Notes under the pieces: generated by a model
Databases searched by the model: none
What the model saw: only the letters and a program-made list of their open reading frames with translations
Told to the model about the DNA's origin: nothing
NCBI GenBank assembly: GCA_009838035.1
Contig: VXSK01000030.1
Coordinates: forward strand, 8,683-72,682
Reading direction: 5' to 3'
Length of the DNA: 64,000 bases
Source of the DNA: Gammaproteobacteria bacterium
GTDB lineage: Bacteria > Pseudomonadota > Gammaproteobacteria > Steroidobacterales > Foliamicaceae
Shown here: positions 7,778 through 20,328 of the stretch, piece after piece
Layout of the letters: every line of letters starts with the position of its first letter
Numbering within the stretch: the stretch's first letter is position 1
Translations under genes and position numbers: made by a program

Positions 7778-9937
7778 TTACTGGCCGATAACGGTAATGG
7801 CTGCCGTCACCGGTACGCGCTCCGGCGGATAGCAATAGTCGGCGTCGCAAACCTGAATGCGCAATTGACCCGATACGTCAAGCTTTCCGGGAACGGCATC
7901 TTCATCGACGCTCAGCCGAGCCTGGATCACGGCGCCATCCTCAAAAACCGGCAGCGGATCCACGGAGTACCACTCGATCACCTCGGTCGGCCGGGGGTAG
8001 ATCACCTGTTCCCACACTACGCCTTCAACCGAATCGGGGAAAAACGTCGTTGGAATCAACGCGGAATCCCTTGGCGAGTCCGAGTTTGCGTGCGTGCCGG
8101 GGACCAGTTCCAACTCGATCTTCATGAGGGCTTGCGCCCCGGCCGTCAACTTCCCGGGATTGACGGACGCGATTACGCCGGCATGACCGGGTGCTTCAAC
8201 TTCCGCCTGCTCGGGACCCGGCGACACAGCGTCCAAAACGAGCCCGCCTGCCGCGCTCTTTTCGGGCAACAGCGATTCGATCTGGAGTTCCAGTGTCCTG
8301 ACTTGCGTTCCCGCGATCGGCGGGAGTCTGAGGACTTTTCGGCCTTCGATATCGAGAAGGAAATTCGTCGGCATACCCCGGGCCTGAAACTCCGACTGGG
8401 CAAACTCCATATCGCTTCGCAACTGGATGAAATCGAATCCATTGCCGGTAGCGTAGGGCAGGACGAACTCGTCTTCTTCCGGGTGTACGTTGAGCGCAAG
8501 AATCTCGAACCCCTCGGGACCGTACTTCTCCAGGACCTTCTGCAGCTCAGGATTCTCGCCCCGACACGGCCCGCAGAATGGGTACCAGAAGTTCAGGAGC
8601 ACGACCTTGCCCTGGAAATCCGAAAGCGACACCCGCTCGCCGTTGTCGTACCGCTCAAAGGAGTAGTCCATGATTTCCTCCGCGTCCTCTTCCAGCACAT
8701 TTCTGATGTCTGCTCGGACGGTCTTTTCGTCTTTTTCGAGTTTCTCCGCGTAAAAGAATGCCGCCCCACGCACCCTTTCCGTCGGCTCCTTCGCCGCCAG
8801 CGGAAGCAGATACTCGTAGGCATCTACGGTTTGGCCTGCGCCGTCCAGCGCCCTGGCCCAGGTTTCATGGAACACGTTGGCATTGACGAATCGTGGAATC
8901 GTCGCGTCCTGCAGCAACTCCACGGCCTGCTGAAACTGTCCGTCGGCGATCAGTTCGTCGGCCTTCATCACGTTTTGCTGTAAGGCCAGCCGCTCGTTCC
9001 AGTGCGTCGCGCTCCAGCCATCCGGTTCTTCGGCCGTCGCCGCGACCATCTGCTCGGCCAGGGCGAGCGCCTTTTCCGGCTGCGACTCCGAGTACAGGTT
9101 CGCCAGCTGCGTCATTCCGGATCCGGACCAATCAAATTCTTCGGGCGGGTAGGTGGTGCGCAGGCGCTCATAAATGGAAATCCGCTCATCACGGTCCCCG
9201 GTACGGTAGGCGAGCCAGTAGAGCGACTGTGCGCCTCGCTCGCTCTCGGGAAACCGCTCGGCAACTTCAAGGGACTTTTCCCGCCACAACGCCGGGTCGG
9301 CCTGGTGCAGTGATGCCGCGTAGTAGAACGCCTTGTCGGGGCTGTCCGGCGCTGCTTCCACCGCCTTCTCCAACAACTCCAGTTCCAGTTCCTTGTCGCC
9401 GCTGACATCGGCTATAAGCGCCAGGGTGCTGTAGCCGTCGGAAAGGCCGGGATCCAGGGCGAGCGCTTCATTGGTGTACTGTCGGACCTTGTCGTAGTCC
9501 CGATACATGTAGAGTTGGCCGATTGCCCACTTGTAAGCGGCGGTATCGGACGAATCCCGTGACCACTCCTCGTAGAGAGCAAGCAGATTCTCAAAGGACT
9601 CGTCCGCGGTGGCTTTCAGTGCCGCATTGCGCTCTTCTTCATCCAGTTCGGCGCTGATCTCCGATCTGCCGAGGTCCTGAGACGCAAAGATGAACATCCG
9701 GTGCGCCTGGGTGTTGTTGGGGTCGAGTTCGATCGCGGTCCGGAAGTGTGTGACAGCGTCCGCGGCGTTGCGCTCCCGAAACGCGCGCTGGCCTTCTTCA
9801 TAGCTGGCCTTCGACGCTGCAACTGCTTCACTCGTGGGTCCGTCATTGGCGGCTTCCGGCGCGCAAGACGCCGCAGCCAGACACCCGCCCGCAATGATGA
9901 GAGTGGCGAAAATCGTTTTCCCGGTAAGCATTTCCAT
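7778..9937 (-). CDS. exported TPR-repeat / TlpA-like thioredoxin / DsbD-alpha-like fusion protein
   Basis: ORF 7778..9952, with start ambiguous among TTG 9952, ATG 9937 and ATG 9931. Signal/lipoprotein-like N-terminus (TIFATLIIAGGCLAAASC). The N-terminal half is TPR-like. Redoxin CxxC motif in WYPFCGPCRGENPEL. The C-terminus has the DsbD-N/ScsB-type motif IQVCDADYCYPP. Confidence 0.75.
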   Translation of the reverse strand: MEMLTGKTIFATLIIAGGCLAAASCAPEAANDGPTSEAVAASKASYEEGQRAFRERNAADAVTHFRTAIELDPNNTQAHRMFIFASQDLGRSEISAELDEEERNAALKATADESFENLLALYEEWSRDSSDTAAYKWAIGQLYMYRDYDKVRQYTNEALALDPGLSDGYSTLALIADVSGDKELELELLEKAVEAAPDSPDKAFYYAASLHQADPALWREKSLEVAERFPESERGAQSLYWLAYRTGDRDERISIYERLRTTYPPEEFDWSGSGMTQLANLYSESQPEKALALAEQMVAATAEEPDGWSATHWNERLALQQNVMKADELIADGQFQQAVELLQDATIPRFVNANVFHETWARALDGAGQTVDAYEYLLPLAAKEPTERVRGAAFFYAEKLEKDEKTVRADIRNVLEEDAEEIMDYSFERYDNGERVSLSDFQGKVVLLNFWYPFCGPCRGENPELQKVLEKYGPEGFEILALNVHPEEDEFVLPYATGNGFDFIQLRSDMEFAQSEFQARGMPTNFLLDIEGRKVLRLPPIAGTQVRTLELQIESLLPEKSAAGGLVLDAVSPGPEQAEVEAPGHAGVIASVNPGKLTAGAQALMKIELELVPGTHANSDSPRDSALIPTTFFPDSVEGVVWEQVIYPRPTEVIEWYSVDPLPVFEDGAVIQARLSVDEDAVPGKLDVSGQLRIQVCDADYCYPPERVPVTAAITVIGQ

Positions 9938-10105
9938 AATCCCCTGCGCCAATGCCGTCAGTCCCGCACAAGTAGTGTAACTCCCCCTCGATTACTTACC
10001 CAAAATCGCAGTTGAATTGTCATTAGCTAAAATCAAGAGGCGGGGCTCTATCGCGTTCGGTTTCACGGCTGACCGCGAGGTCACTCTGACAAATGGGGGC
10101 AAATC

Positions 10106-12883
10106 ATGCTGGATCACGTAGCAAACCGTCGCTTGGCGGTCCTTCTTCTCGTTCTCGCCGCACCGGCGGTTGGACTGGCGCAGCAGGAGGCGGATGACGC
10201 CTCGAACGAAGCAACTGCGGACGAGGCGCTTGAACTGGCGCCCCAGGTCGTAACCGGCAGCCGATTGCGCGGCGGCGTTAGCGCGTCGCCTGTATTCGTG
10301 CTTACCCGGGAGGAAATCGACCGACGGGGCCTGCAGGACATCGAGGACATCATCCGCTACATTCCGCAGAACTACTCGACGATGACCGCCGGGGGCAGCT
10401 TCGACTATCGTTCTCCGAGATTCGCGCAGGGGCTGGTAACGATCAACCTGCGGGGTCTGGGTGAAGGATCCACGCTGGTGCTTGTAAACGGCAACCGCAT
10501 CGCCGCTTCCCCGGCCGAAGACGGCACCTTCACCGACGTTTCCACGATCCCCTTCAGCGCTATCGAAAGGGTTGAAGTCCTGACGGACGGCGCCAGCGCC
10601 GTGTATGGCTCCGATGCCGTGGGCGGCGTGGTGAACTTTATTCTGAGAAGGGACTATCGGGGCGCGGAATCCACCGTGCGTTACGAGAACAGCAGTTCGG
10701 GAGGCCACCGCAAGGTGGTGGAACAGACCCTGGGGCTGACCTGGGACACGGGCTCGCTTACCGCATCGGCCAACTTCTGGGAGGAAGACGCGGTGCTGGC
10801 CGCCGATGCCGGCATTGACATCGACGGTGACTACCGCGAGCAAGGTGGAAGGCGTTTTGCCGCCACCTATGGCCAGCCCGCCCTGCTCCTCAGGTTTGGT
10901 CCATTCCCTCCCAACGCGCCGCCCGGGACCCGTGTGGGAGTTCTTCCTCCCGGGGACGGCACCAACATAAACATCGACGACATCGTCTATGTAAGCAATC
11001 AGGAATGGGAAACTCAATCCGGAAATTTTGAAAGAGTCCCCACCAGCCCGGCACTGCTGGGCCCCGACCAGGCCACCCCCTCCGGCGACCATCTGGCTAC
11101 GTATCTGAATTTCACGCAACAGTTGGGCGAAAACCTGTCCATTGACTTCAGCGGCATGTACAGCGAGCAGGACGACTCGCAGACTTCCCATGGGCAATCC
11201 TTCAGAGGCAACGTGCCCCCCAGCAACTACTACAACAACTTCGGCCAGACCGTTCACGCCGCCTACAGCCTGGCTCGCGAAATCTCCGAGGGCAAATTGC
11301 TTCCTTTCGTGCGCTACACCAAGTCAGACCGCCACGACCTGTCGGCCCGCATCAATTGGGATTTGCCGGTGCGCGACTGGCAGGCCCGGCTTGGCTACAG
11401 CACCGGCGAGCAAAGCCTTTACAACACCTACTTCAATACCTTCAACACCGACAGAAGGTCGCCGGAGGGATTGAAATTCCTGGAGGCGCTCGCCAGCCCG
11501 GATCAGGCTACGGCGTTCAACCCCTTTGGCGACGGCTCCGCGCAACTGGACAACCTCATGCAGTTTCAGGGAAGTGACGACCGGGGCAATCGCACGCAGT
11601 CCCAGGACGTAATTTCCCTGAACGCGGACGGCGCCTTGTTTGAACTGCCCGCCGGAGAGTTGCGATTTGCCGTGGGCGGCGAGATGCGAACCGACACGCT
11701 CGATTTTGAAGACTTCGGACTCAACCCCTTTACGTTCCGCTTCCCTGACGCGCCGGACATCGTTCCGGAATCGGACAACACGGCGTGGTTTGCCGAGTTT
11801 TCGATTCCGATCGCGCAGGGAAGACCCGGCATTCATCAGCTCAACCTGAACCTGAACGGGCGCTATGACAAATACGAGATTGACGGTCCGTTCGACGGTC
11901 CCCAAAATCCCAACAGAACCCGCACTTTCAGTGACTTCGTACCGAAAATCGGTCTGGTCTGGTATCCGGTGGAGTATCTGAAAATTCGCGGAACCTGGGG
12001 CGAAGCCTTTCAGGCGCCCACGCTGCAGTCACTGTTCAGCCCTCCCAGCTTTCTCAACCCGCCTCACACGCCGCCGTTTTTCAGGATTTTCGATCCGCTG
12101 AATCCGGATGGCCCTTTTGTTCCGGTTTTCCCGGTTATCGCATTGGGAGGCAATCCGAATCTGAATTCGCAGGTTTCCGACAACATCAGTTTCGGTTTCG
12201 AAGTTTCGCCGCCAAACGTGCCGGGGCTGTACCTGTCCGCGAACTACAACCGGACCGACTTCACCGACAAGATCGGCAGCATCTGGGACGCCCTGGGCTT
12301 CCCGGGAACTTTCGCGATCGAAAATGTGAATCTGTTCCCGGGGCTGGTCGAGCGCAATGCGGGCGGCGTACTGGTTTTGCTTTCGAATCAGGACGGCAAC
12401 CTGTCGGGCAGCCTCAACGAGTCCGTGGACGTGGAGGTGCGGATGAATTTCAGCACCAATTACGGAGAATTCGTGGCCGGTATGCAGGCAACGCGGACGC
12501 TTACGCTCGAGGAAACGGCCGCACCGGGACTGGAACCGCTGGCACGGCAGGGCACAGACCGGGGTCCGCCGGAACTGCGAGCCAATGTTTATCTGGACTG
12601 GGATTGGCGGAATTGGCAGGCGAGCGTGACCGTCCGACATTCTTCCGACTACGAGAACACCGACGAACAGGCGGTTCGCCGCGATGTAAGCAGCTACACC
12701 ACAGTGGATGTTCAGGGAACTTACCAACTGTACGACGCGGGCTGGCGCTTTACGCTGGGCGTCGAGAACGTCTTCGACAAGGATTTCCCGTTCTTTGACA
12801 GTTTCCAGGGCGTGGACTCCTCGCGGGTGGACTTCCGACGCCGCGTGTTTGTGTTCGACGTAGTCAAGGAGTTCGACTTGTAG
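10106..12883 (+). CDS. TonB-dependent receptor
   Basis: 925 aa. Signal peptide (LLLVLAAPAVGLAQQ), plug-domain motifs (VVTGSRL..., RGLGEGSTLVLVNGNR, IERVEVLTDGASAVYGSDAVGGVVNFIL), and a long beta-barrel region. Confidence 0.9.
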   Translation: MLDHVANRRLAVLLLVLAAPAVGLAQQEADDASNEATADEALELAPQVVTGSRLRGGVSASPVFVLTREEIDRRGLQDIEDIIRYIPQNYSTMTAGGSFDYRSPRFAQGLVTINLRGLGEGSTLVLVNGNRIAASPAEDGTFTDVSTIPFSAIERVEVLTDGASAVYGSDAVGGVVNFILRRDYRGAESTVRYENSSSGGHRKVVEQTLGLTWDTGSLTASANFWEEDAVLAADAGIDIDGDYREQGGRRFAATYGQPALLLRFGPFPPNAPPGTRVGVLPPGDGTNINIDDIVYVSNQEWETQSGNFERVPTSPALLGPDQATPSGDHLATYLNFTQQLGENLSIDFSGMYSEQDDSQTSHGQSFRGNVPPSNYYNNFGQTVHAAYSLAREISEGKLLPFVRYTKSDRHDLSARINWDLPVRDWQARLGYSTGEQSLYNTYFNTFNTDRRSPEGLKFLEALASPDQATAFNPFGDGSAQLDNLMQFQGSDDRGNRTQSQDVISLNADGALFELPAGELRFAVGGEMRTDTLDFEDFGLNPFTFRFPDAPDIVPESDNTAWFAEFSIPIAQGRPGIHQLNLNLNGRYDKYEIDGPFDGPQNPNRTRTFSDFVPKIGLVWYPVEYLKIRGTWGEAFQAPTLQSLFSPPSFLNPPHTPPFFRIFDPLNPDGPFVPVFPVIALGGNPNLNSQVSDNISFGFEVSPPNVPGLYLSANYNRTDFTDKIGSIWDALGFPGTFAIENVNLFPGLVERNAGGVLVLLSNQDGNLSGSLNESVDVEVRMNFSTNYGEFVAGMQATRTLTLEETAAPGLEPLARQGTDRGPPELRANVYLDWDWRNWQASVTVRHSSDYENTDEQAVRRDVSSYTTVDVQGTYQLYDAGWRFTLGVENVFDKDFPFFDSFQGVDSSRVDFRRRVFVFDVVKEFDL

Positions 12884-12916
12884 ATCCGGACGTGAGGCCG
12901 TCAATGCGGTACGGTA

Positions 12917-12944
12917 TTGACGACGGGTGGATTTCGCCTACAAT
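12917..12944 (+). promoter_or_regulatory. sigma70-type promoter candidate for the tRNA-23S-5S unit
   Basis: TTGACG (12917-12922), a 16-nt spacer, then TACAAT (12939-12944). It lies 34 nt after the TBDR stop and about 110 nt upstream of tRNA-Ile. Confidence 0.5.
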
Positions 12945-12980
12945 TGCAAATCCTCCGGCGTATGGGCACGTCGGGGATTT

Positions 12981-12993
12981 AGTTCTTTTACAA
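12981..12993 (+). promoter_or_regulatory. boxA-like rRNA antitermination element (leader)
   Basis: AGTTCTTTTACAA compared with E. coli boxA TGCTCTTTAACAA gives 10 of 13 matches. It sits between the promoter candidate and tRNA-Ile. Confidence 0.4.
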
Positions 12994-13054
12994 CGGCACG
13001 CAACTTGTGCGCGCCCGTCCTTGGCGGGCCGGCATATGAGCGTGCTTCGTGCGC

Positions 13055-13131
<77 letters not shown>

Positions 13132-13193
13132 GGCTGGGGCAGATCCAGATAATCGGAGTGGTCGGGCCTTCACGCGGCCTTTCCGCCGCCCCC

Positions 13194-13269
13194 GGGGCTG
13201 TAGCTCAGCCGGGAGAGCGTCTGCTTTGCAAGCAGAAGGTCGTCGGTTCGAACCCGATCAGCTCCACCA
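13194..13269 (+). tRNA. tRNA-Ala (anticodon UGC)
   Basis: 76 nt. Acceptor GGGGCTG/CAGCTCC with the G3:U70 identity pair, anticodon loop TTGCAAG, T-loop GGTTCGAAC, encoded CCA. Confidence 0.97.
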
Positions 13270-13300
13270 GATTCAAACGCGTGGCCTTATCGCCGCGCCG

Positions 13301-13312
13301 CACTTTTACAAA
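13301..13312 (+). promoter_or_regulatory. second boxA-like element in the tRNA-23S spacer
   Basis: CACTTTTACAAA shares the CTTTTACAA core with the leader element at 12984-12992. E. coli also has a spacer boxA. Confidence 0.35.
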
Positions 13313-13457
13313 CAGGATTGTTCCATTGCAAAACAAGGCGGGTCCGGCTCCCAATGGGCAGGATTCGCTTGCAATGTTGAACTTGTGGGAACTGCATTCG
13401 CGTGGTTATTTCAAGCGCCCCGAACAGTCTCCTTGAGGGGAATGTTTCGGGTGACGT

Positions 13458-16373
<2,916 letters not shown>

Positions 16374-16482
16374 GCGTCACACCGAAGCATTCCCACTTGA
16401 GAGGGCGTCCCGCCCTCCTGGAATCAACATTGCATGGAACAATCCTGGGCGCGTCCCCGATTGAGGGACGCGCCACCTTTTT

Positions 16483-16601
16483 CGCCTGGTGGCAATAGCG
16501 GACGGGTCCCACCCGATTCCATTCCGAACTCGGAAGTGAAAACGTCCAGCGCCGATGGTAGTTCGGGGTCTCCCCGCGCGAGAGTAGGTCACCGCCAGGC
16601 A
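16483..16601 (+). rRNA. rrf: 5S ribosomal RNA
   Basis: cgcctggtggc...cccacccgattccattccgaactcggaagtgaaa...gatggtagt...ggtctccccgcgcgagagtaggtcaccgccaggca is collinear with E. coli 5S. Confidence 0.95.
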
Positions 16602-16621
16602 TCTGATTCAAGCTGTTTGAA

Positions 16622-16642
16622 GCGAGGGCCCTGCGCCCTCGC
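16622..16642 (+). terminator. GC hairpin immediately after 5S (possible operon-end structure)
   Basis: gcgagggc-cctgc-gccctcgc forms a perfect 8-bp stem. There is no U-tract. Confidence 0.35.
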
Positions 16643-16671
16643 GCAACAGCGCGCATTAAGCGTCACCAAAG

Positions 16672-17667
16672 ATGATCATGCGTTTTCCGATTGTTGCCTC
16701 CCTGGCACTCGCGCTTGCACTGCCCGTTCAGGCGCAAACCTTCGGCAAGGCGGAACTGGAGAAACATCTTGCGCTGATCATGGAGTGGTGGCCCGGCGAA
16801 TACGATAATCACGAACAGATCGTCCGTCAGTCCGGCGGAGGATTTGCGGTTCCCATCTACGAGCCCGTTTTCCGCATTCATTCCCACTACGTTCGCCTGG
16901 ATCTGCCGGAACTGGGCGAGAACGTTCTCTACGTTGAGGAGTACCTCAACAACGACCCCTCCAACATCTCGCGCATCCGCGTCTATGCGCTTTCCGTCGA
17001 TGAGGAGGAACAGGCGGTGAGGGTAAAACTCCACGCTTTCAGTGACGGCCATGACCGCATGATCGGCGCCAGGCTCGATCCGGACCGGCTGGCAGCTATC
17101 GAAGCGGACGAGTTGCGCCCGTTTTCGGACGCATGCGATGTCTATATGCGATTCGACGGCGGCCAGTTCTCGGGCGGAATGAAACGGGAATCCTGCGGCG
17201 ACGAGGCCTGGTTCGAGTATCAGGTGGTGCTTGGCCCGAACCACTACTGGACTCGCGACCGGCAGATCAGCCGGGAGACGGGCGAGGTAACCTGGAACGA
17301 GACCGGGGGCGACCGGTACGACTGGATTCAGGCTACCAGGGCCCGCTGGTTCATCTGCACGGTCAACTACAACCTCGACGGCGACATGCTGAATACGGAG
17401 TTCCTCACCGAAATCGAACTTCACGATCAGGGCGGCTCGGCCGACATCGACTGGCCCGACGGCCGCACGCTGGAGTTCCAACTGCATACCCGTGAATTCG
17501 CCTCGCCGTCGGACCGTGTCTTCCCGTTGTTCCGCGTCCACGAAAAAGGAAACCATGTGCCCATCGCCTATGCCTGGGCGGTGGACGACGCCGACCGCTT
17601 CGGCATCAACCTGGGCTGGTTCTACGCGTTATGCCGGGCAAAGGAGCAGGGCGCGCCCCGTCCCTGA
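16672..17667 (+). CDS. exported protein with CpcT/CpeT-like (DUF1001) N-terminal signature; function unknown
   Basis: 331 aa. Signal peptide MIMRFPIVASLALALALPVQAQ. The motif EWWPGEYDNHEQ resembles the W-x-G-x-[FY]-x-N-x2-Q signature of the CpcT family. The assignment is from memory only. Confidence 0.5.
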   Translation: MIMRFPIVASLALALALPVQAQTFGKAELEKHLALIMEWWPGEYDNHEQIVRQSGGGFAVPIYEPVFRIHSHYVRLDLPELGENVLYVEEYLNNDPSNISRIRVYALSVDEEEQAVRVKLHAFSDGHDRMIGARLDPDRLAAIEADELRPFSDACDVYMRFDGGQFSGGMKRESCGDEAWFEYQVVLGPNHYWTRDRQISRETGEVTWNETGGDRYDWIQATRARWFICTVNYNLDGDMLNTEFLTEIELHDQGGSADIDWPDGRTLEFQLHTREFASPSDRVFPLFRVHEKGNHVPIAYAWAVDDADRFGINLGWFYALCRAKEQGAPRP

Positions 17668-17774
17668 TCACGGCGCTCGCTGGCTGATGCGCCGAATACA
17701 GCTATAATTTTTTTCCGACAGGCGCCGCTGGGGTAAGGCGCTTTTTCCATACAAGTCACAGGGGACTTGCCTTT

Positions 17775-20123
17775 ATGAAAAGAAAGACCACGCTGCTCGC
17801 GTCCGTGATGGGCGCGGCATTGATTGCCATTTCCTACGACTCCGCACCGGCTTTCGCCCAGGAACTCGCCCTCGAGGAGATCATCGTCACCGCCCGAAAA
17901 CGGGAAGAAAACCTGCAGGACCTTCCATTGACGGTGACGGCTCTGACCAACGACGACATCTACGAGCGGGGTGTCGATAACATCATTGACCTATCCGACT
18001 ATACGCCCGGCTTTTACACCGAGAACGTCGGCGGTCGCGATTCCAACCCGTATTTCCGCGGTCTGGTCGTGAACACTGCAGTGAAGGACCGTCAGAATTC
18101 TTCTGTCTTTGTGGACGGGTTCTTTGTCCTGGGAACGGCCGCCACCTTCGGCTTCAACAACATTGAACGGGTAGAAGTCCTCAAGGGGCCTCAATCGGCA
18201 CTGTTTGGCCGCGCGACTTTCGGCGGAGCCGTGAACTACATTACGAAGACGCCGGGAGACGAACTCGAAATAGATGCCGACTTCGATCTGGGCGAGCACA
18301 GCCGCTCCGATGTCGCCCTGACCGTTTCCGGTCCGCTGCTGGGCTCGGACACATTGAAGGCCATGGTGAGCGTCCGCTCCTACAGTTTCGGCGGCGAGTG
18401 GAAGAATACCGCCATGTTTGAAGATAACGCCACGATCGGCGACGAAAAGTCCAGGGCTATCTCCGGCAAGGTGGTTTGGGAGCCCGCGGAAAATCTCACC
18501 GTGACGCTGTTCGCATCCTATGCGGAAGATGATGACGGCGCACCGCCAACAACCAGCCTGCCCGATTCTCTGGACAACTGTCTGTTCTACAACTCCTCCA
18601 TCCCCCTGGGCTACATATGCGGGGAACTTCCGGACGATCTGGACACGGTCGCACAGAACAACAAGAGGGTCGAAGAGCGTTTCGGCGAGGCGGTCGGACA
18701 ATTCCAGATTACGCGCCGCTATACGGCCGAAGTGGATTTCGTAACCAGCAATGACTGGGAATTCGAATTGCGGGCCGGCACCAATCAGCAGACGGACACT
18801 ACCATTCAGGATGCCAGCTATTCCGAGAGCTTCGGCCTTTTCAATGGCCTTGGCGGTTTTAACGGCCTGATCTTCGGTTCGGTCGGCCAGCTCGAAGCAA
18901 ACAAGGCCTGGTCCGGCTACCAGGACAAGAGCCTGCAGCTGAAGGTCACCGCTCCGGGATCCGACAAGCTGTCGGTCTTTGCGGGCGCCTCGTATTACGA
19001 GCATGACATCCTCGCCGCCCAGAACCTGCGGTTGTCACGGTCGCGTCCTTACGGCCAGGCTGGCGGCTCCCGCCATATCGAAAATGTCTCCGTTTTCGGT
19101 AGCCTGACCTATAGCCTGACGGACCGGCTCGCTCTGGGTCTGGATGTTCGCTGGCAGAAGGACGATGTGCTCGAGGGCACCGCAACGTTCTTCCCGCAGA
19201 CGCAGGCCGAGGTTCCGCGTCTGGGTTCAAGCAAGAACTTGGAAGCGTACCGGTTCGACACAGCGAGTTTCAAGCGCACCCTGCCGCGTTTCATCGTGGA
19301 CTACAAGCCGAGTGAAGACGTCACCCTGTACGGTGTCGTATCGCAGGGCAACAAACCCGGGTACTTCAACAACCGTGCGGTCGCGGAAAGCCTCGGCATA
19401 GATCCCGCCGTGAAGGAAGAGACCATCTGGAACTACGAGGTTGGAGCCAAGACACTGTGGATGGACGGCCGCCTGCTGCTCAATGCAGCCGCGTACTACC
19501 TGGACTGGAAAAACCAGCAGATCCGCCAGACGTTCCTGAACGTCCAGGGCCAGGCCTCGACCATTGCCACCAACGCGGGCAAGACCGAGGTTTACGGTTT
19601 CGAGCTGGAGTCCAGCCTTGCCGTATCGGAGCGATGGGTCCTGTCCGGTTCCGTTGCGTTCGCGGACCCCGAGTACAAGTTCTTTGTGGAGGAAACCTTC
19701 GCCCCGCAACTTGGCACGGACTCAGATCTTGCCGGCAACGAGCCCTACCGGTATCCCGACTGGCAGCTCCAAGTTTCCGCGAACTACAACCAATCGGGCG
19801 TGCTTAACGACTGGGATTTCTTCGCCCGGACCGATCTGAACATGACCGGGGAGCGCTGGTCGGAAATCTACAACCTCTCGTACCTCGGATGGGAATACAA
19901 GTGGAACCTGCGTGGGGGCATTGCGAACGAGAACTGGAGACTGACGGCCTACGTCAACAACATTCTCGATGACCGGACGCTGGCGGGCTCATACCGCTTC
20001 CGCGACCTCCGCCGCTTCGCGCGCTTCGATCAGACCACGGGTTCATTCACCTTCCCGTACGCCCAACTGGCCAATCTAAGCCGCGGACGTCACTTCGGCG
20101 TGAACGTCAGTTACAGCTTCTAG
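17775..20123 (+). CDS. TonB-dependent receptor
   Basis: 782 aa. Signal peptide, plug motif LEEIIVTARKREENLQDLPLTVTAL, IERVEVLKGPQSALFGRATFGGAVNYITK, and a C-terminal aromatic residue (...VNVSYSF). Confidence 0.92.
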   Translation: MKRKTTLLASVMGAALIAISYDSAPAFAQELALEEIIVTARKREENLQDLPLTVTALTNDDIYERGVDNIIDLSDYTPGFYTENVGGRDSNPYFRGLVVNTAVKDRQNSSVFVDGFFVLGTAATFGFNNIERVEVLKGPQSALFGRATFGGAVNYITKTPGDELEIDADFDLGEHSRSDVALTVSGPLLGSDTLKAMVSVRSYSFGGEWKNTAMFEDNATIGDEKSRAISGKVVWEPAENLTVTLFASYAEDDDGAPPTTSLPDSLDNCLFYNSSIPLGYICGELPDDLDTVAQNNKRVEERFGEAVGQFQITRRYTAEVDFVTSNDWEFELRAGTNQQTDTTIQDASYSESFGLFNGLGGFNGLIFGSVGQLEANKAWSGYQDKSLQLKVTAPGSDKLSVFAGASYYEHDILAAQNLRLSRSRPYGQAGGSRHIENVSVFGSLTYSLTDRLALGLDVRWQKDDVLEGTATFFPQTQAEVPRLGSSKNLEAYRFDTASFKRTLPRFIVDYKPSEDVTLYGVVSQGNKPGYFNNRAVAESLGIDPAVKEETIWNYEVGAKTLWMDGRLLLNAAAYYLDWKNQQIRQTFLNVQGQASTIATNAGKTEVYGFELESSLAVSERWVLSGSVAFADPEYKFFVEETFAPQLGTDSDLAGNEPYRYPDWQLQVSANYNQSGVLNDWDFFARTDLNMTGERWSEIYNLSYLGWEYKWNLRGGIANENWRLTAYVNNILDDRTLAGSYRFRDLRRFARFDQTTGSFTFPYAQLANLSRGRHFGVNVSYSF

Positions 20124-20146
20124 TGGCTTTATGCCCTGATTCGTGA

Positions 20147-20180
20147 AAAAGCCCCGGCCGGTTCCGGGGCTTTTTCTTTT
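20147..20180 (+). terminator. rho-independent terminator
   Basis: aaaaa-GCCCCGG-ccggtt-CCGGGGC-tttttctttt lies directly after the TBDR stop. Confidence 0.8.
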
Positions 20181-20328
20181 GGGCCGCAACAACGATCCAT
20201 CGAACGCCGTACCCGCCCGTGCCGGGGGACCAGGGGTTTTGGGGCGCGTTTTTCACTTAAACTGACAGCACAGAAAACGATGCCGCCATCGGCGGTTTGG
20301 AACGGGGGGTTCCTGGCGAAATTACGTA

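Noticed and set aside
9953-10105. Fur box or riboswitch upstream of the first TBDR (aattgtcattagc)
   Set aside because: The match to the Fur consensus is weak (about half of a 19-mer). The leader is too short, and lacks the conserved cores, for cobalamin or TPP riboswitches.
12945-12960. Remnant of the 16S 3' end (aaatcctccggcg resembles the anti-Shine-Dalgarno region)
   Set aside because: Only about 7 nt are similar. It sits immediately after the -10 box and no other 16S-like sequence flanks it, so it is most likely chance.
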